64,000 bases of DNA from Ramazzottius varieornatus. Taxonomy: Eukaryota; Animalia; Tardigrada. This document shows, one piece after another, positions 12,721 through 26,317 of the stretch. Within the stretch, counting starts at the first letter, position 1. Each line of letters starts with the position of its first letter. The stretch covers positions 1,610,747-1,674,746 of the forward strand of contig BDGG01000011.1 of NCBI GenBank assembly GCA_001949185.1. Reading direction: 5' to 3'. Both the position numbers and the translations under genes were made by a program. Below the pieces are notes generated by a model. That model did no database searches and was not told the origin of the DNA. It saw nothing but the letters and a program-made list of their open reading frames with translations.

Positions 12721-13478
12721 GATCTCTCGGCTGGCCGGATCTGGACGATCAGCGTAAAAGTCAGTCTTGGGCGGCCCACGCACAATCTTCGTGCAGCCAG
12801 ACACTTTTCGAGTGAAACGGTGTACCGAGACCCAAGGGGAAAAGTGTCCTGGACACTACGATGTTAGGCTGAAGCCAGTCTAAATGGCAAATGTCAACAG
12901 GAAAACGTCCAGGAAATCCTCCGATTTTATTGTCGATACGCCCTTTCTTGTGAAAATTTCTGGCTGCAGGAAGATTGCTTGGTGCTGTCGTTTCTATCGT
13001 GCAGGAATGTGCTACAATGCTGGTATTGCTTTTCGCATGATAACAACACATCGATCCATAACAGTCAGTTAGTACCTCGTGATACTCAGCTCGATTGACA
13101 TTCTTGAAACCATAATTTATCCGGGTGTTTACATTAAAATCTGAAAATGAGATATTCGAACAAACTGAAGAGGCACAAAAGAGCATTAGTGGATGATGTC
13201 GTGTGGTGCAAAGTCGGACAAAATAACTCAGCATGCAGTACCATAGAGGAATAAGAGCAGCAACACAAAGAAATGGAACCGCATAGCGACATGTGGACGT
13301 CGACAACAATCCAACAACCACACCGCAAGAGGTCTATTCTCACAATCAAGATTTGCAATACGAAGACGGGCTTTACAATTGGACCGGCACATCGTCTGAA
13401 TTCCACTACGATAACCCAGAGACCGCTTAGTACGTGTCCGATGTAGGTCGGTGTGCCCTGTGCCGTTTGCGATTAGTG

Positions 13479-15063
13479 TCAAGCGCGATTCGAATCCTCC
13501 TCGACCATCATATCTTGTGAATGTTCCGCTGGTGGCATAAAGGCGCGCAGCGCATCTTGATGTCCAAACTCGGACCGGCTTTTGTAACAGAGGACCAGTA
13601 GTGCGCAAATGGCCACAATAAAACCTGCAAAGAATACTGCTTACAGCTGTAAAAACGCCGTTACGCGGAGACACCGTATCGTACCGTGCAATAACCAGTC
13701 ATGTTCCAATATCAAATTAAAATCCCGTCTGCCACCAATGACATCAGTTTGCAGTTTATCGTAGCAATATCGGTCATAGTTACGGATCAGCACTCTTTCC
13801 ACCAACATAGCGCCAGCCAGAAGCTGACTGAGGATAGTCAAGGGTGCCGCCAGATAATACAGTCCGTTGTGGTCGGCCACAAGATGGCGGTTCATCTTTT
13901 CACCGGCTGTAAACGCCACAATGTTTAAGACTCCCGAAACAATCAGCAGAATGGCCAGAAGGAAGGTTGCCAGAATGTAAAGCTCTGAACGCGGAGTCAG
14001 GAGGTTCAGCTGCATGTAGTAGTACGTTGTAACAGGTGTCGTGGCCACCAGGAATCCTCCAATGATGGTCAGTACAAAGGACAGTACCAGCGCAAAGTAA
14101 TTTGCGCGACGTTGGCGACTAACTCGCTCTTGGTGTTTCTCCTCCGACACCTTCTCCTCGGCCAACAAGTCAACGTTGATAACCAGTGCTGCAGCGACAT
14201 CAAATGGCTCCACGTAAAAGGATAGCCACAGTGCCACCATTGCGATGATGCTTCGGACAAGTGTCCATTGTGCTACAGCATCTAGAAAAGACGTAGGTTA
14301 GAAATCGCACTATGGGTTGAACTGCGTCGAGATTGCCAGTTAGACTCTGTTTCCATCGGCTGAATTTAGGTAAAAGGCCGGACCAAGTACCTGCGATGTA
14401 GGTGGTCGCACAACCGACGTATGTGGTGCTGACCGTCACGTCAGTAGTATTAACCACTGGCCGCGCCATCTTCAGGTTGACTGAAGCGGGCGAGTACATC
14501 AACAAAGCCACAAGAGGTAAGATAAACGGAGAATATCGTAGGCAGGCCACAAGATCCACTTCAGGTTTGATGGCTGTCTTCAGTCCAATCCACGGGTTAT
14601 TACCACTCCTCAACAAATACCCGATGAGAAGAAGGCCAGAAGCCAGGAGGACTGACGCGTAAGGCGATTCCGCTGGACAAGTGATGTGGCTAGTCATTTG
14701 GCAGAGAGCGTAGAGTGCAGAGTAGCCAATGGAATATCCAATCAGCAGGGGGCAGATCAGCCATAACAAGATGGTACCGATCCCGAATGACACAAGGCTG
14801 ATAGCTGCACTAAGCTTATGGAAAAAAGTGAGAACTTTGAGAGATCCGTTCCTCTTGAGGTCGTCCATGTTTGACCAAAGCGCATGCAGTTTTTTAACCT
14901 TTAAGACTGGAACTTGAGTAGCTATGGTACTTTGTTCCGATTCGAGTTGGACAGTAATGGAGACAACCATGCACAACTTGATGTGGCCTATTAGGTGAAA
15001 GACATGCTGCAGCGCTATCACACGAGGCAGACTACGCAAATCGATTATTTCCCGAGTGCTCAT
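13479..15063 (-). CDS. Uncharacterised multipass membrane protein; 3 exons (15063 or 14868 to ~14391, ~14281-13685, ~13624-13479)
   Basis: ORFs 14200..15063 and 13641..14240 join in frame through a GT-AG intron. A third exon reads GFIVAICALLVLCYK...SNRA*. About 8 hydrophobic segments. The start codon is uncertain. Confidence 0.65.
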
Positions 15064-17121
15064 TCTGAGTGTGCAGGCGTAAGGGTTTCTTTACGCAACT
15101 TCTGCCCCAGTTATACAGTAAGGCGAGGAATACTTTGATCAAAGCTCGCATTACGTCTCTGATGCAAACACCCACGAGACATTAAGCGTCCGAATACTGA
15201 TACGTTGTCTGTAGCGCGCCTCGATTTCAGCCTGAGTCGCCCTTTGGGACATCACCATTCACTGTACACGTGTACTTGAAACGCACTGCTTGATAGATCG
15301 ACTATACATATGCATATCGTCAAAAGATAACCTGAGTTTCCACTCAACACCATAGACACCATAACACCATAGACAACAGGATCCAAACGTGCTCTCCGAG
15401 AAGCCTGTGTTTCCCACTTGCTATCGTTGCAGATGCGTCTTTGCCGGCCTTTTGCCACATCTCGTCCTTACTCCAAGAGTTACAGCCATCGGTAGAAGAC
15501 TCGCCCGTGATGCCATGTCCCTCTCTGTACGTTGTCGAACAGCAGCCATCAGCTTCCAACCGACTGTCATCACAAGTCCGCATAATCTGACCTGTAAACA
15601 TCTTTTACCATGTAGAGTACACTCGCGAAGTAAAAAGTTTGGAACAAGCAATTCCGAAACAGCGGGACCGAAGTTGGTACCTACCTATTCTCAATTCGCC
15701 GTCTTTTCCGCCTGTTCCAAACTTTTTTCTGTGCTCAACTCTACCTTCGAGCGTGTATAAGAAAGGCCTCTGCAAAAGACAGCAGCTTGAACGTCCCTTT
15801 GGGCATGTGGAGTGCTTTACATGTCCATTGGCAAGACAAGGTTGTGTTGCAGGCTGAGAAGGCGCTCATTTCTGGTTGAAGGAGACTCAAAATGACGTCG
15901 CACCTTTAGTTAGCGTACGTCTTGAGTACTACGAAGAAACGTTTTGACCACTCGTTCAAAATCCTGAACGGCACAGGTACAGCCGGCTAGCTACACATGG
16001 TCAAACAACTAACGTGTAGTCCGACGCAAATGGTCTTCTACTTCTGTAGTAATTGTACTCGGCTATTTAATCGCAGTCACCAGCTAAAGCTCAAGATGCT
16101 TGTGAAGTCAGTCTGTTCGACTCTGTTTACCGGGCTCCCAATTGATGAAAAAGATTGGTATAGAGTCTTTGGCATGGTTTGATGGAGGTTTTCTGTTAGC
16201 CCGATGATGCAGACGTAACATTAAAGACGTTAGTACCATGTACGCGCGTACGACATGGAAAATAAAAATGTAAAAACAAACAAGGAAACTATATTCACAT
16301 CATTATTGAAGTGCTTGCAGTCATCATTCAAAGGGGCGTCTTTCTTACAAGAGGGCCCAATTCAATTCGCATTGCCACTTACAATAACGGGAAAATTGCC
16401 GGTCGGTAGTCAGAATCTCGATTGTAGTCGCGTTGGCTGCTGGCTTTCGGAATATCGAATGCATCGCGGCAACATGACCTCATGGAAACAGGGCATCAAG
16501 CACCAGACGGGGCCTGTCAGGGGATCGCTGGCTAGATCAGACCCGTCTGATAAGGCCGAGTTCTCCATTGTTAGCACAGGCTTAAAGACAACGCGGCCAG
16601 GGATAAAAACGACCAAACAGAAGCTCAAGTCAAACCGTCGTTATAAAATGCAGACAGTCCAGCCGGTCTCTGGTTCACGCATACGCTCTTGGACAACAGG
16701 AGTATCAACTCTCACAAAGGCACGCCCTGTTCTTTTAGCTGCGTACCTTCTGTCTCAATTGTGTGCCATCGGCCAAGGGCTTTCTTTCGCGGGCCGTAAT
16801 CTAATGCATCTTACTATCAGAGTTTTTTCTGGCTGGAAGAAGATTGTGGTAAGAGCAAATACAGTACCAAGTACGCTTAGGCTTCCGAGAAGCCACAGGT
16901 GGATTGCAATCAAGTTACAAGTGGACAGATCAAGTCTCACTGTTGTTTTCCTTCTGTATAATTCCACCTGATTGTCCTGAAGCACATCTCTGTTACGTAC
17001 AAGTCTTTTGATGCCAGAGCATAGGTCACGGTTTTGCACAATTTCTGCCGATCAGTCAGAAAGCAAATAGAACACCACACAAAATTTTGGAGCTGATGAT
17101 CCAGAAATAAACAACACTGAG

Positions 17122-20000
17122 CTACTTGATATCGGTAAGACTTGGCGTGTAATCAAACAAGAATGGCGAATTTAAGATAATACCCATCGAGCCAGCCGAG
17201 GATACGATGAAGAATATCCAAAGCAGCAGCCTGTCCAGTACTTGCGACATGAACTTCCAGTCATCTGATACCTAGACACAAGACTCCATCATTGTTTCAT
17301 TTCTGTGGCATAGTGGAGACTAAGGCTAACGGTTTACCGAATAATCATTTAGGAGCTGGACAAGCCGGCATCACCGCTTCGCCAAGGAGCGCACGCTTCC
17401 AGTCCCAAAGACTGACAGCGTGCGCCACTTGGGAAACAACCACATCGTTTCGCCAAAGGGCGCACGGTCTCAGCAAACTACACTACCGACGTGCGCCATT
17501 TGGGGTAACAATCTCGTCAGGTTTATTTGCCGAGCTCGCATTCCCCAACCCGAATACGCACCTCTCCTTTGTCTGTTTTTCTTTCCATGTTTGCGGCGAT
17601 GTAGGCCACCGCTTTCAGTGCGTCGTTATAGCCGGGAATGTCAGCTAAGATCTCGGCGAACATTTCCACTTCTCGCGAAATAATGCTGTCCAGACTGCGT
17701 TGTGACACGATGATTGGCGATGTTGCCTTGTTCATCATTCGCTTTGTCTGTACCGGTGTCAGTCTTAGCTGCAGTATGGGACTGGACCTGCGGTTCTGCC
17801 TGAAAGGTTCCGCCATGCTCTTATGGTTGGCTATCAATCCTTGTTCTTCCTCAATACGGACTTCGGGGATGGGCTGCGTGCACTGCGGGTTGTGGTAGAG
17901 AGCTACGGGCCCACTGTACTGTTCCCGAGGCGGGAATGAGCGGTCTCTTCGAATACGAGCCTTGGGTGGGTGTCTTTTGGGTCGCTGGATACAAAGTACG
18001 GCTGGTAAAAACCGTAGAAAAATGACCTGAAATAAAAATACCCGTCGAATTGCGGCAAAAAAGCACTAGCCAAAAATTAGCCTCGGAGGACAGATCGTAG
18101 AAAAAAAGTCAGCTTGATTTCATTGCTCCATTTTTTTCTTGTGAAGTGGCGACGAAAATGATTTACCTTCATCCAGTCCGGCATGACGTGAGTGTTGGGT
18201 CCTCTGTAGTTGATGTTCATGGACAGAACCGTAAAGAAGGCCGACAGGATATTCATGCAGAAGGAGAAGAAGAGAAACTCTGAAAGAAGCGGCAAGGTGT
18301 CTGCAGCAGGGAGGATGTCCGACATCAGGAGAAGGAAGACGACGATGGCGAAGAGGATAGACAAGCAGACGTTGGTCTTGCCACGGCTCGGAAGAAGAAA
18401 GACAAAGCAAGTCAGGAAGCAGATCAGCACGCAGGGAAGCAGGATGGTGATAACGTAAAAGAGGGACTTGCGACGGAGGCGTAGATGGCACTCGACATAA
18501 TCGCGCATCACTCCGCTAATATTGGCTTTGCGGGTGAAGATGGGCGCGCCGATGAGGTCCCACGTTCCGCTGGTCTGGTTACGGTAGTCTTTGATTTCGA
18601 AACTCTCTGAGCCGAGGACGAGGGAGACTTCGTCGGAATTGTATGTCAGGGAGCGAAAGTACATCTTGCACACTTGTTCCTGTAGGCAAGAAACGAACAC
18701 TACATTTCTGCGAGTGCTTTTTGTCATGCTTATGTCAAACTTATCTGGATGGTTTATCAAAGTGGCTTATGCTCCCGATCACTAACACTAGAAACATGCG
18801 CCACTTGGGAAAGATAAAATGACGTGATCGTTTTTCTCAAGTGGCGCACTCTTCCAGCCAATGACATCAGCGACGTCAGCCACTTGAAAAAATCGAGTTC
18901 GCGTGATGAGCTTCCATCTTCGGAAAGCAGCGACGTCAACCAAGTTACGAAATTTTGTGGCTTAGTGCACTGTTTTCTATATTCCTTACAGTACTATGTA
19001 CTTTGGGTACATACGTCAAAGGGGAAGAAGCGCGGGTTGATGTAGCAGCTGCTTTTGTAAATGAAGGGAGGAACCCACTGAATGCTGCCATCTGGGCTGA
19101 TCAGCAAGTTGGACTTGTAGCTGGAATCGTACTTTCCATCCGTCCTACAGGCAGTGAAATATTTCTGGCCAGGTGAACGGATACAGTCCATGGATCAGTA
19201 AGGAGAAAAGAAAAGGGAGGACGTACGTGGAGACGAGGGCGACCTCGGGGAGCCAGACTTTGCCGGGTGGCATGCGCAGTGTGGAGATGTTACCGCCGTA
19301 TTGTGCCTGATCGAACTGCAGCCGCTCATCGTTCCATCTCTGTTGACACAAGCGCAACAAAATGCCTATACTTGCCCGTATGCAAAGGACATTTTCACAG
19401 GATGGTGCCTCCAGTCATTCTGGGCTAAATTGTACAGGAATACTTACCAGATCGATGTAGCCATTGATTTTCAGGACTTGATGCTGATCATTCTGCAAAC
19501 GACACATTGACACTTTACCCAAATGTTGTGGGACAAATGCTAAATTCTGGTTCGAGGATGCTTCTGCAAACGCACAGTAAGATTCTTCTACGTTCTGAAC
19601 GACAAAACGTTTGCCAGAGATATGGCCTTGAATAATGTCTGAACTTTTTCTTTAAAATTTGTTTTTTAAATGTAAAGAAAGAGCGTTGAAGTTGACGAAG
19701 GTACAGTACCAGGAAAATGATGACTCCCAAGTTGATGGCAAATATGACGGTGGTACGGTCGTCGAGACCTTTTCCCGGGCGAATCAGTTTGTTGTATCCT
19801 TGGAAGAGATCTTTGACTAATCTTTGCTGATCGTCAATGCCAGCTGATGCTCTTACGAATCCTACAAAAAACCTCGGTACAAGAAAAACTGAGGTACACA
19901 TGTTTAAACTATTGGTATTTTGGAAAGAGTTCTTCATACCGGTTTTCTCCAGAAGTAAAAGTGCCAGAAATATGATGCAACGTCCCGCTGATGTCCACAT
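17122..20000 (-). CDS. Cys-loop ligand-gated ion channel, nicotinic acetylcholine receptor-like non-alpha subunit (copy 1), ~8 exons
   Basis: Signal peptide, RLVKDLFQGYNKLIRP, WNDERL, VWLPEV, Cys loop CYINPRFFPFD|EQVC, RRKSLFY-M1, M2/M3, and last exon DDWKFMSQVLDRLLLW (M4). No vicinal CC. Confidence 0.93.
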
Positions 20001-21266
20001 GGTGATTGTGCACAGAGATAATCAGGCAATGTTTACGTATGAGATGGAAAGCGGAACATGTTGAAGACAAGTTCCAGCGGCAGCGCCCAACAAAGTCCCG
20101 GAAATACGATACAGACGTTTAAACGCGCAGCCCTATTATACCATGGAAGCGCACAGTCGACAACGGAAACGACCGATATAAATTCTCCACCATGTCAACA
20201 GATTACGCCTCTTTGAGATTCCACCCGTCCATTTTTTCCCCAGGATTCTCTCTTGGCATTATCAACCTTTCAGGCAACAGAAAAAGTTACCGGAAAATGA
20301 AAATATCCCTCGAAAGCAGCTGCGAAAATAATCTCCCGTCCCCGAAGAAGCCTGGCAGGGAAAGGCGCAAAGTGGCTGTTTAAGGCAGGAGAACGGCCAT
20401 AACTCTTCGTTCACAGCTCGTATTGTCTCTTTGGCTCGTTGCATATGCACAGGCTTGCATGCTTGTCAGCTGGCGAAAAGGAGGAAGAAGCTGGGGAGCT
20501 GGAGGCCTTCAGCCGTCACGCCTGGCTTGTCTTCCCTTTTGCTCTCACTGTACGCAGCGGGAAAACGGCAGCATCCTCGTTGGCGATTTTTGCCCTCGGT
20601 CTGATCGCATCCAATATCCGGTCTGCTGTGTCCCGCAAGCTCACACAGCATTCACGGATGGCTGGTTCAGCTGGTTGAGAGGGAAGGAAGACCCGGCAAT
20701 TCAATGCCTGCTAAATGGTCCTCGACAGTCTAGCCAGATGTTGGCCAAATCCCTTTCAGCCACAGTGCAGCCGAGCGCAACCACGGTTTGATTCTTATTA
20801 CACTGATGATTCCCAGTTCTTCAGTACGTCACAAAGCCGGTCCCTATATGCTTCACCGAGCTTGGAGGTGGATTGCGTCTGGCAAAGGCATCCTGTACGT
20901 CCCACTACGTCACGTTACAACTTGCCATGCTGTAGAGCGGCAGCATTGGTTCGTTTTGTACGCTAACTCGAGTCTCCGAAAGTAAATCGGAAGTTCAGCG
21001 CACACTTCTTGCTAAAGTGCTCAGTCAGTGACGTATTAAAGAAATGAGAACTATCACTGTACTCGCTGATACACAAGGAAAAGCTTACAAGAAGAAAAGG
21101 GTACATCAACGGTCACCAGCAAACAAATCAAAAGCTAGCTTGGTCCGGCGCCAGTTTTCGTATTAGTCAATCTAGGGCCCAATGTAAGTAAATATTGTAC
21201 TTTCTGAGCGGATCACGGAAGAAAGCGTTTTCCATATTATTCAAATTTGTCTACACTCTTTTATAA

Positions 21267-24200
21267 CTATACGGTGGTTTGGTTCGGACAGTGGTTTATC
21301 AAAGGTTCGAAAAGATGTGGAGAGTTGAGTAAGATGCTGACGGAACCGAAAGCGTTACCCACGAAAAAGACGAATAGGAGCAGGCGATCGATGACTAGCG
21401 CCACGTACTTCCAGTCGTCCGCAATCTGCAAAAAAACCCCGAATCCATACTACAGAGCGGAATTTGTCTTCGTCAAGAACTCCCAAAACCGACTTTCAAG
21501 AGTGCGCAACGGACCTTCTTCGATTAAGATCGATTATGTATGCGTATTTCGAGCCTTCACTAAACCCTGTGTAAACGGTCAGTACTGGGAATAAAACCGA
21601 TACATCACTTACGTCCTCTTCCTCAAATTCCTCCTCTCGGCTTTTGGCAATGAAGGCCACGCTATGAAGTGCTTCCTTATAGCCCGGAAAGTCGGCCAAA
21701 AATTGCCCCAGCTGCGTTAGTTCCCGCCATAACATTGCCTCTTGCGAGTCGTGTTTCCGCAACGCCGACGTGTTCCTACAAAAAAACCTTCAAATGTACG
21801 AGGTAAACGACATAATTTTGGCATTCCGATTTTCGCACCATAATTCGGGCAACGCGAAAAGTTTGAACATTGTCGTCAACGCTTGATCCATCTCTCATCG
21901 ACGCCTGTTGATACAACATTAGGCTTTTTGACATTGGACAGACCCATCCCTCTCCCAGGCTAAATTCCCGTGCTCCACAACGCTTTGCCGTTCTCAAACC
22001 TATTGAAAACTCGAGGAGAGGGACCGGTCTACCTCAGGAAACAAGAAGCAGTTCATTACGCGCAGCAAGAGCTGAGATAAAATATGCCCGCATTACGAGT
22101 GAAAAACCACTTTGCCCGAATTATGTCGATTACCTCGTAATAACATAAATTCGATAAAATTTTGTACATTAGGATTTATCCAAATTTGATAAAATTAAAC
22201 TATTCCAAAATAAGACAAATTATATATCAGGTCGGTCGATATGACTTTGCGCTTTTTTGAAGTACAACTTCCAAAAATCATATCTTTGTGAAACCGTGGA
22301 CAGTAAATGAGGATACCTCGGTATATAATAAAAAAGCACCGTCACTCGTTTACATCGATCAACGAAGGAAAGATAGCCAAAAAGTTGTTCCCCCGTTGAG
22401 CTGGCGCACACAGAAAAGCGCGACGTACCACCCGGAATTTGACAGAACTGTTTTTATCAAAATCAACCTTTGCGTCTTCCATAGTTTATCGCTATTGGTT
22501 TGTAGCTGAAGTTGCGCAGTTTCAAACACACACTCGTTTTTGAGAAAGTAGTAACTGGTTTTGTCGGAAAAAAATGCGAACACACCCTAGTCAAAACTGA
22601 GCGGTACTGCTGACCTCATTTTCCGTATTTTCTTCTCTTATTGAATCGCTTTGGTTGTGGTTGTGAAAAAACGTAGAGAGATGGTTGTTACTGATGAGCC
22701 TCATACAAACTGAAAAAGTTTCTTTGCGTGGTGAAAAAATTTTCTCGAAAGTGCGCCCCTGGAGTACGCAAAGTCATATCGACCGACCTGAGATATAATA
22801 TTTAATGTGAATAGTATTCCGAAAAATATCATGTGGCTAGTTTTTCGCAAAACAGTTATTTTGTTCCTTCAAAGTTATACTGACCTGTAAGGTGATGAGA
22901 AAGAGACGACGCGACTGAAGATGGGACTGGACCTGTCACTAGCTGGCAACATCTTCTCGAAGGACGACTGCGAAGTTAGCTTGCGCGAGTTGGTTCGACT
23001 GAGACGGGAGCTCCATTTGGATCGGCGCAGCAGAGCAGGATGCGGTGTGTGGCTGGTACCGTTGGGCGAGTCGGTGAGGGATACCTGCGTCGAAGGTGGC
23101 TGGAAAAGCTTCGGCTTGGTCTTTTGGACCGGGCGACGCATCAGCAGGAGGCGAGGGAGGAATTCCATCCACAAAAGCTTGGTCCAACTGCCCATCTCGT
23201 AGACTTCGGGAGTGCGGTAATGCCAGTTGATAGTGATAACCGTGATGAAGACCGATGTCAAGTTACCTGCAAAAAAAAGCGCACCTTTATACTGGTGAAA
23301 AGCAGTACATACGCCTGCATTGTTATCGTTTCTTGTCGTTTTGATGAATCAAGTGACTTTTTTTTCAGGGTTCCATACTGGAGAAGGCTTACAGACGAAC
23401 GTGAAGACGAGAAATTTGGTCATGAGCGGTAGGGAATCCGACGGTGGAAGGATATCGGTCAGAATCAGTAAGAAGACGACAATAGTGAAGAGGATACTAA
23501 TGCCGATGCAAATCTTCTCACCAGCAGCAGCGGGCAGGTAGAAGACGAAGATGGTCAGGAAGGCGATACAGACACAGGGCAGGAGGAAGGTGACGACGTA
23601 GAACTGGGACTTTCGCGCCACTTTCATGTCCAGCTGGACAAAGACTGTGCGGACTCTGCCATGGCGGCGCCACTCTAGCCGGTACATCTTGAACAGCGGA
23701 ACTTCGGCCAAGTCCCACGTCCCACTGGGCTGCTCGCAGTAATCCTTCAGCTCCATCTTGGGTTCCTTCAAGTCAATGTCCACTTCGTCGGCATTGTACG
23801 TTACCGAACGGAAGACCATATTGCACAGTTGATGCTGGAAAAACAGCACAAAAACAATCCTACCACTTTCGGACTTCGCTTCCTTTTCAACAGATTCAAA
23901 GCAATTTTAGAATTTTGATACTAGAAATCTCACAAGTAAAACTAAAATTTTGGATTTGACGCTGCATAGTCAGCTGTTGCATGAGGAAAAAATCGCAGAA
24001 AAATTTCGAATTACAGAAGGTTTGGTAAGGAAAACCCGAAGTTGATCATTAATGGAAATTACTGGGTGACTGGTATTAATTATTCAGTGGAAAAAACCAA
24101 CTAGAAAATTTTGGTTAATATCCGATCACTTTTATCTGCAATGGCTGAAGCCAGGGGGAGAGCTGACGTACGTCAAAGGGGAAGAAATGGGGATTGGTAT

Positions 24201-25057
24201 CGCATCCGCTTTTGTAAATAAAGGGCGGGATCCATTGGACGGTTCCTCCACTGTAGGCCACGGCGTTGGACTTGTAATTCGGGGAAAACTGCCCATCAAT
24301 CCTACAATCGTTAACGACCTCTCGACGTCAACCGAACGGCTTCAAGATGTAAGACCAAATGGGTTCTTAAATGGTGCATGACATACGTGTTAGTCAGGAC
24401 GATGTCCGGTTGCCATACTTTATCCACAGGTAGGCGAAGGACCGACAGACCGCCGTACTGTTCCGGGTCCCATTTGAGCCGATCATCTGTCCAAGTCTGG
24501 CAGAAGGAAGTACAGTAGGTCATTTGAGCATAAAATCGATACATAAATAGCTAAATGGAGGAACAAGGCCTGCGTGCTTAAATGACAACTGAAATGGAAC
24601 AGCTTGTACTTAATGGTTAATACCATATCGAGATATCCATTTGTCTTCATCACTTGGTCCTGATCGCTCTGCAACGCCACACATAAAGCTCACCCAATTC
24701 ATCGGTTTATTGCCACATTTCAGAGGAATACGGTACTAGAAGCCAAAGGAAGGTTTGTAAGTTGAAAACGTACCACGTAGACCAGAATGTTCAATGTTAT
24801 CCCGAAGGTGACGCGAACTGTCTGGTTCATTTCAGAGACCGGCCGGGAAAGCCGATCGTAGCCTTGGAAGAGCTCCTTGATCAGCCGGTCCTGCATTTCC
24901 GAGCAGACAACTAGAATACAAGACTGACTCGATATCGATATCCAGTTTTGAGAAAATTTCGCAGAAAGTTAAGCCGACCAACGATAGATTTGGCAGTGTC
25001 GTCCTTACTCGTACCCGTCTGCCATATGAAAAATGATGTCCATAATTTCCCTATCAT
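21267..25057 (-). CDS. Cys-loop ligand-gated ion channel, nAChR-like non-alpha subunit (copy 2)
   Basis: [43 protein letters not shown]|[14 protein letters not shown] and [15 protein letters not shown]. The start exon ([10 protein letters not shown]) is inferred. Confidence 0.92.
21799..22137. mobile_element. TA-flanked MITE related to 7881-8276, in an nAChR intron
   Basis: TA-cgaggtaaacgacataatt ... aattatgtcgattacctcg-TA. Confidence 0.8.
22221..22797. mobile_element. Tc1/mariner-type non-autonomous element in an nAChR intron
   Basis: ~31-bp TIR tatatatcaggtcggtcgatatgactttgcg / cgcaaagtcatatcgaccgacctgagatata. Confidence 0.85.
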
Positions 25058-26317
25058 GATAGAATGTGACAACGGCAACCGGGAAAACTCTTTGCAAATC
25101 TTTCAGAGAATACACAGTGGAAAGCAATGTAGTGAACAAGTGGGGAGACGCGGAGTAAGATTCTCTTGTCAGCAAGGAAATTAGCTGTCAGGACGGGCAA
25201 CTCTGTCGGTCACGGATCAACAGCAAACTTTGCGGCTTTGCATTTTAATGACTGCCAATCTCCGATCGTCTCAATAAAGACCGCGGAAGACCGCTAGCTC
25301 GAATGTCATTGCAGGGGCATTATAGCCTCCTTTCCCGCTGTTGCCCCAGTCGAACGGGAAGAACAGGCAATGACGATGGGCGGACTTTACATGATGTCAT
25401 GATCGACCCAGCCTTAACTTCCCTGATTGACTCAAGCGCCCAGTCCTATTCTAAAGGCTGGAAATGAGGTCTTGCTCCTTTTTCATATTACGGAAAACAT
25501 AATCACACAAGGGCCTATTTTAATAGCCTGAAGCACTTGAAGGAGACGCAACTGAGGACTAACCCGGGAAATGAGAACATGTCCAGACTGGAGAAATCAA
25601 TGGGGAAGATGGAACATGAGAGAGTCCACATAAGTGGACGCGGAAATGGTGCATGTTAAGACAGACGTCTGTCCTGTTTGCCCTCGTCGACAGCTTAGAG
25701 ATCCGTGTTTTACTTGCCCTGAAGAGGCCAAACAACCCCGCGATTGCTGCCCGCCAAACAAACGGGATCCACTTGCGTCAATATTTCTCTTTCAACTTTT
25801 CTATCCGACCCTGTCCCTATCTCCGTCTTCGCAAGGCAATAATTAATAATTACTATTTGACGCTTAATACAGAATGTCGGAAGTATTAGAGCGCCGGTGA
25901 CTGCATGGATCAACATATACATTAATCAGTGATGATAAACAAATTGTGACTTTACTAATGATCACTGGCAGGCTGGTGTTTCCGACATTGTAGTGCTCGA
26001 GACTGACGATCAATCCTTTCTGGGCAATGGGCTTTCTCCTGCAAGTTGCATTGTCATGCAAAATACTAATGGAATCTAGAAATTTCTTCGGTTAATCTGA
26101 TCAGAACGAGTGTACGTGTTACACAAGGACCAGCGGAAAGATTCAAGGGTTCCACTGACCGAGATAGCGCCTCTTTCGCTGCCAGAAAGCCTTGTAGGCA
26201 GTAAAGGAAACAGTTGCTCACTGATCTGGTTGCCACAAGGCTTCCATGCACCGCCTGAGGGCGCTATCTCTGCCACTAAAACACTTATAGTCCGTCCCAG
26301 CCAAGTTGATCCCTTAA

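Noticed and set aside
12761-13674. ORFs 12761..13321 and 13228..13674 as separate genes or an endogenous virus
   Set aside because: The upstream membrane gene ends at 13479 in another frame, and the remainder lacks viral or domain motifs.
16255-16971. 238-aa plus-strand ORF and the overlapping minus ORFs
   Set aside because: No recognisable motifs, and I could not assemble a consistent exon chain.
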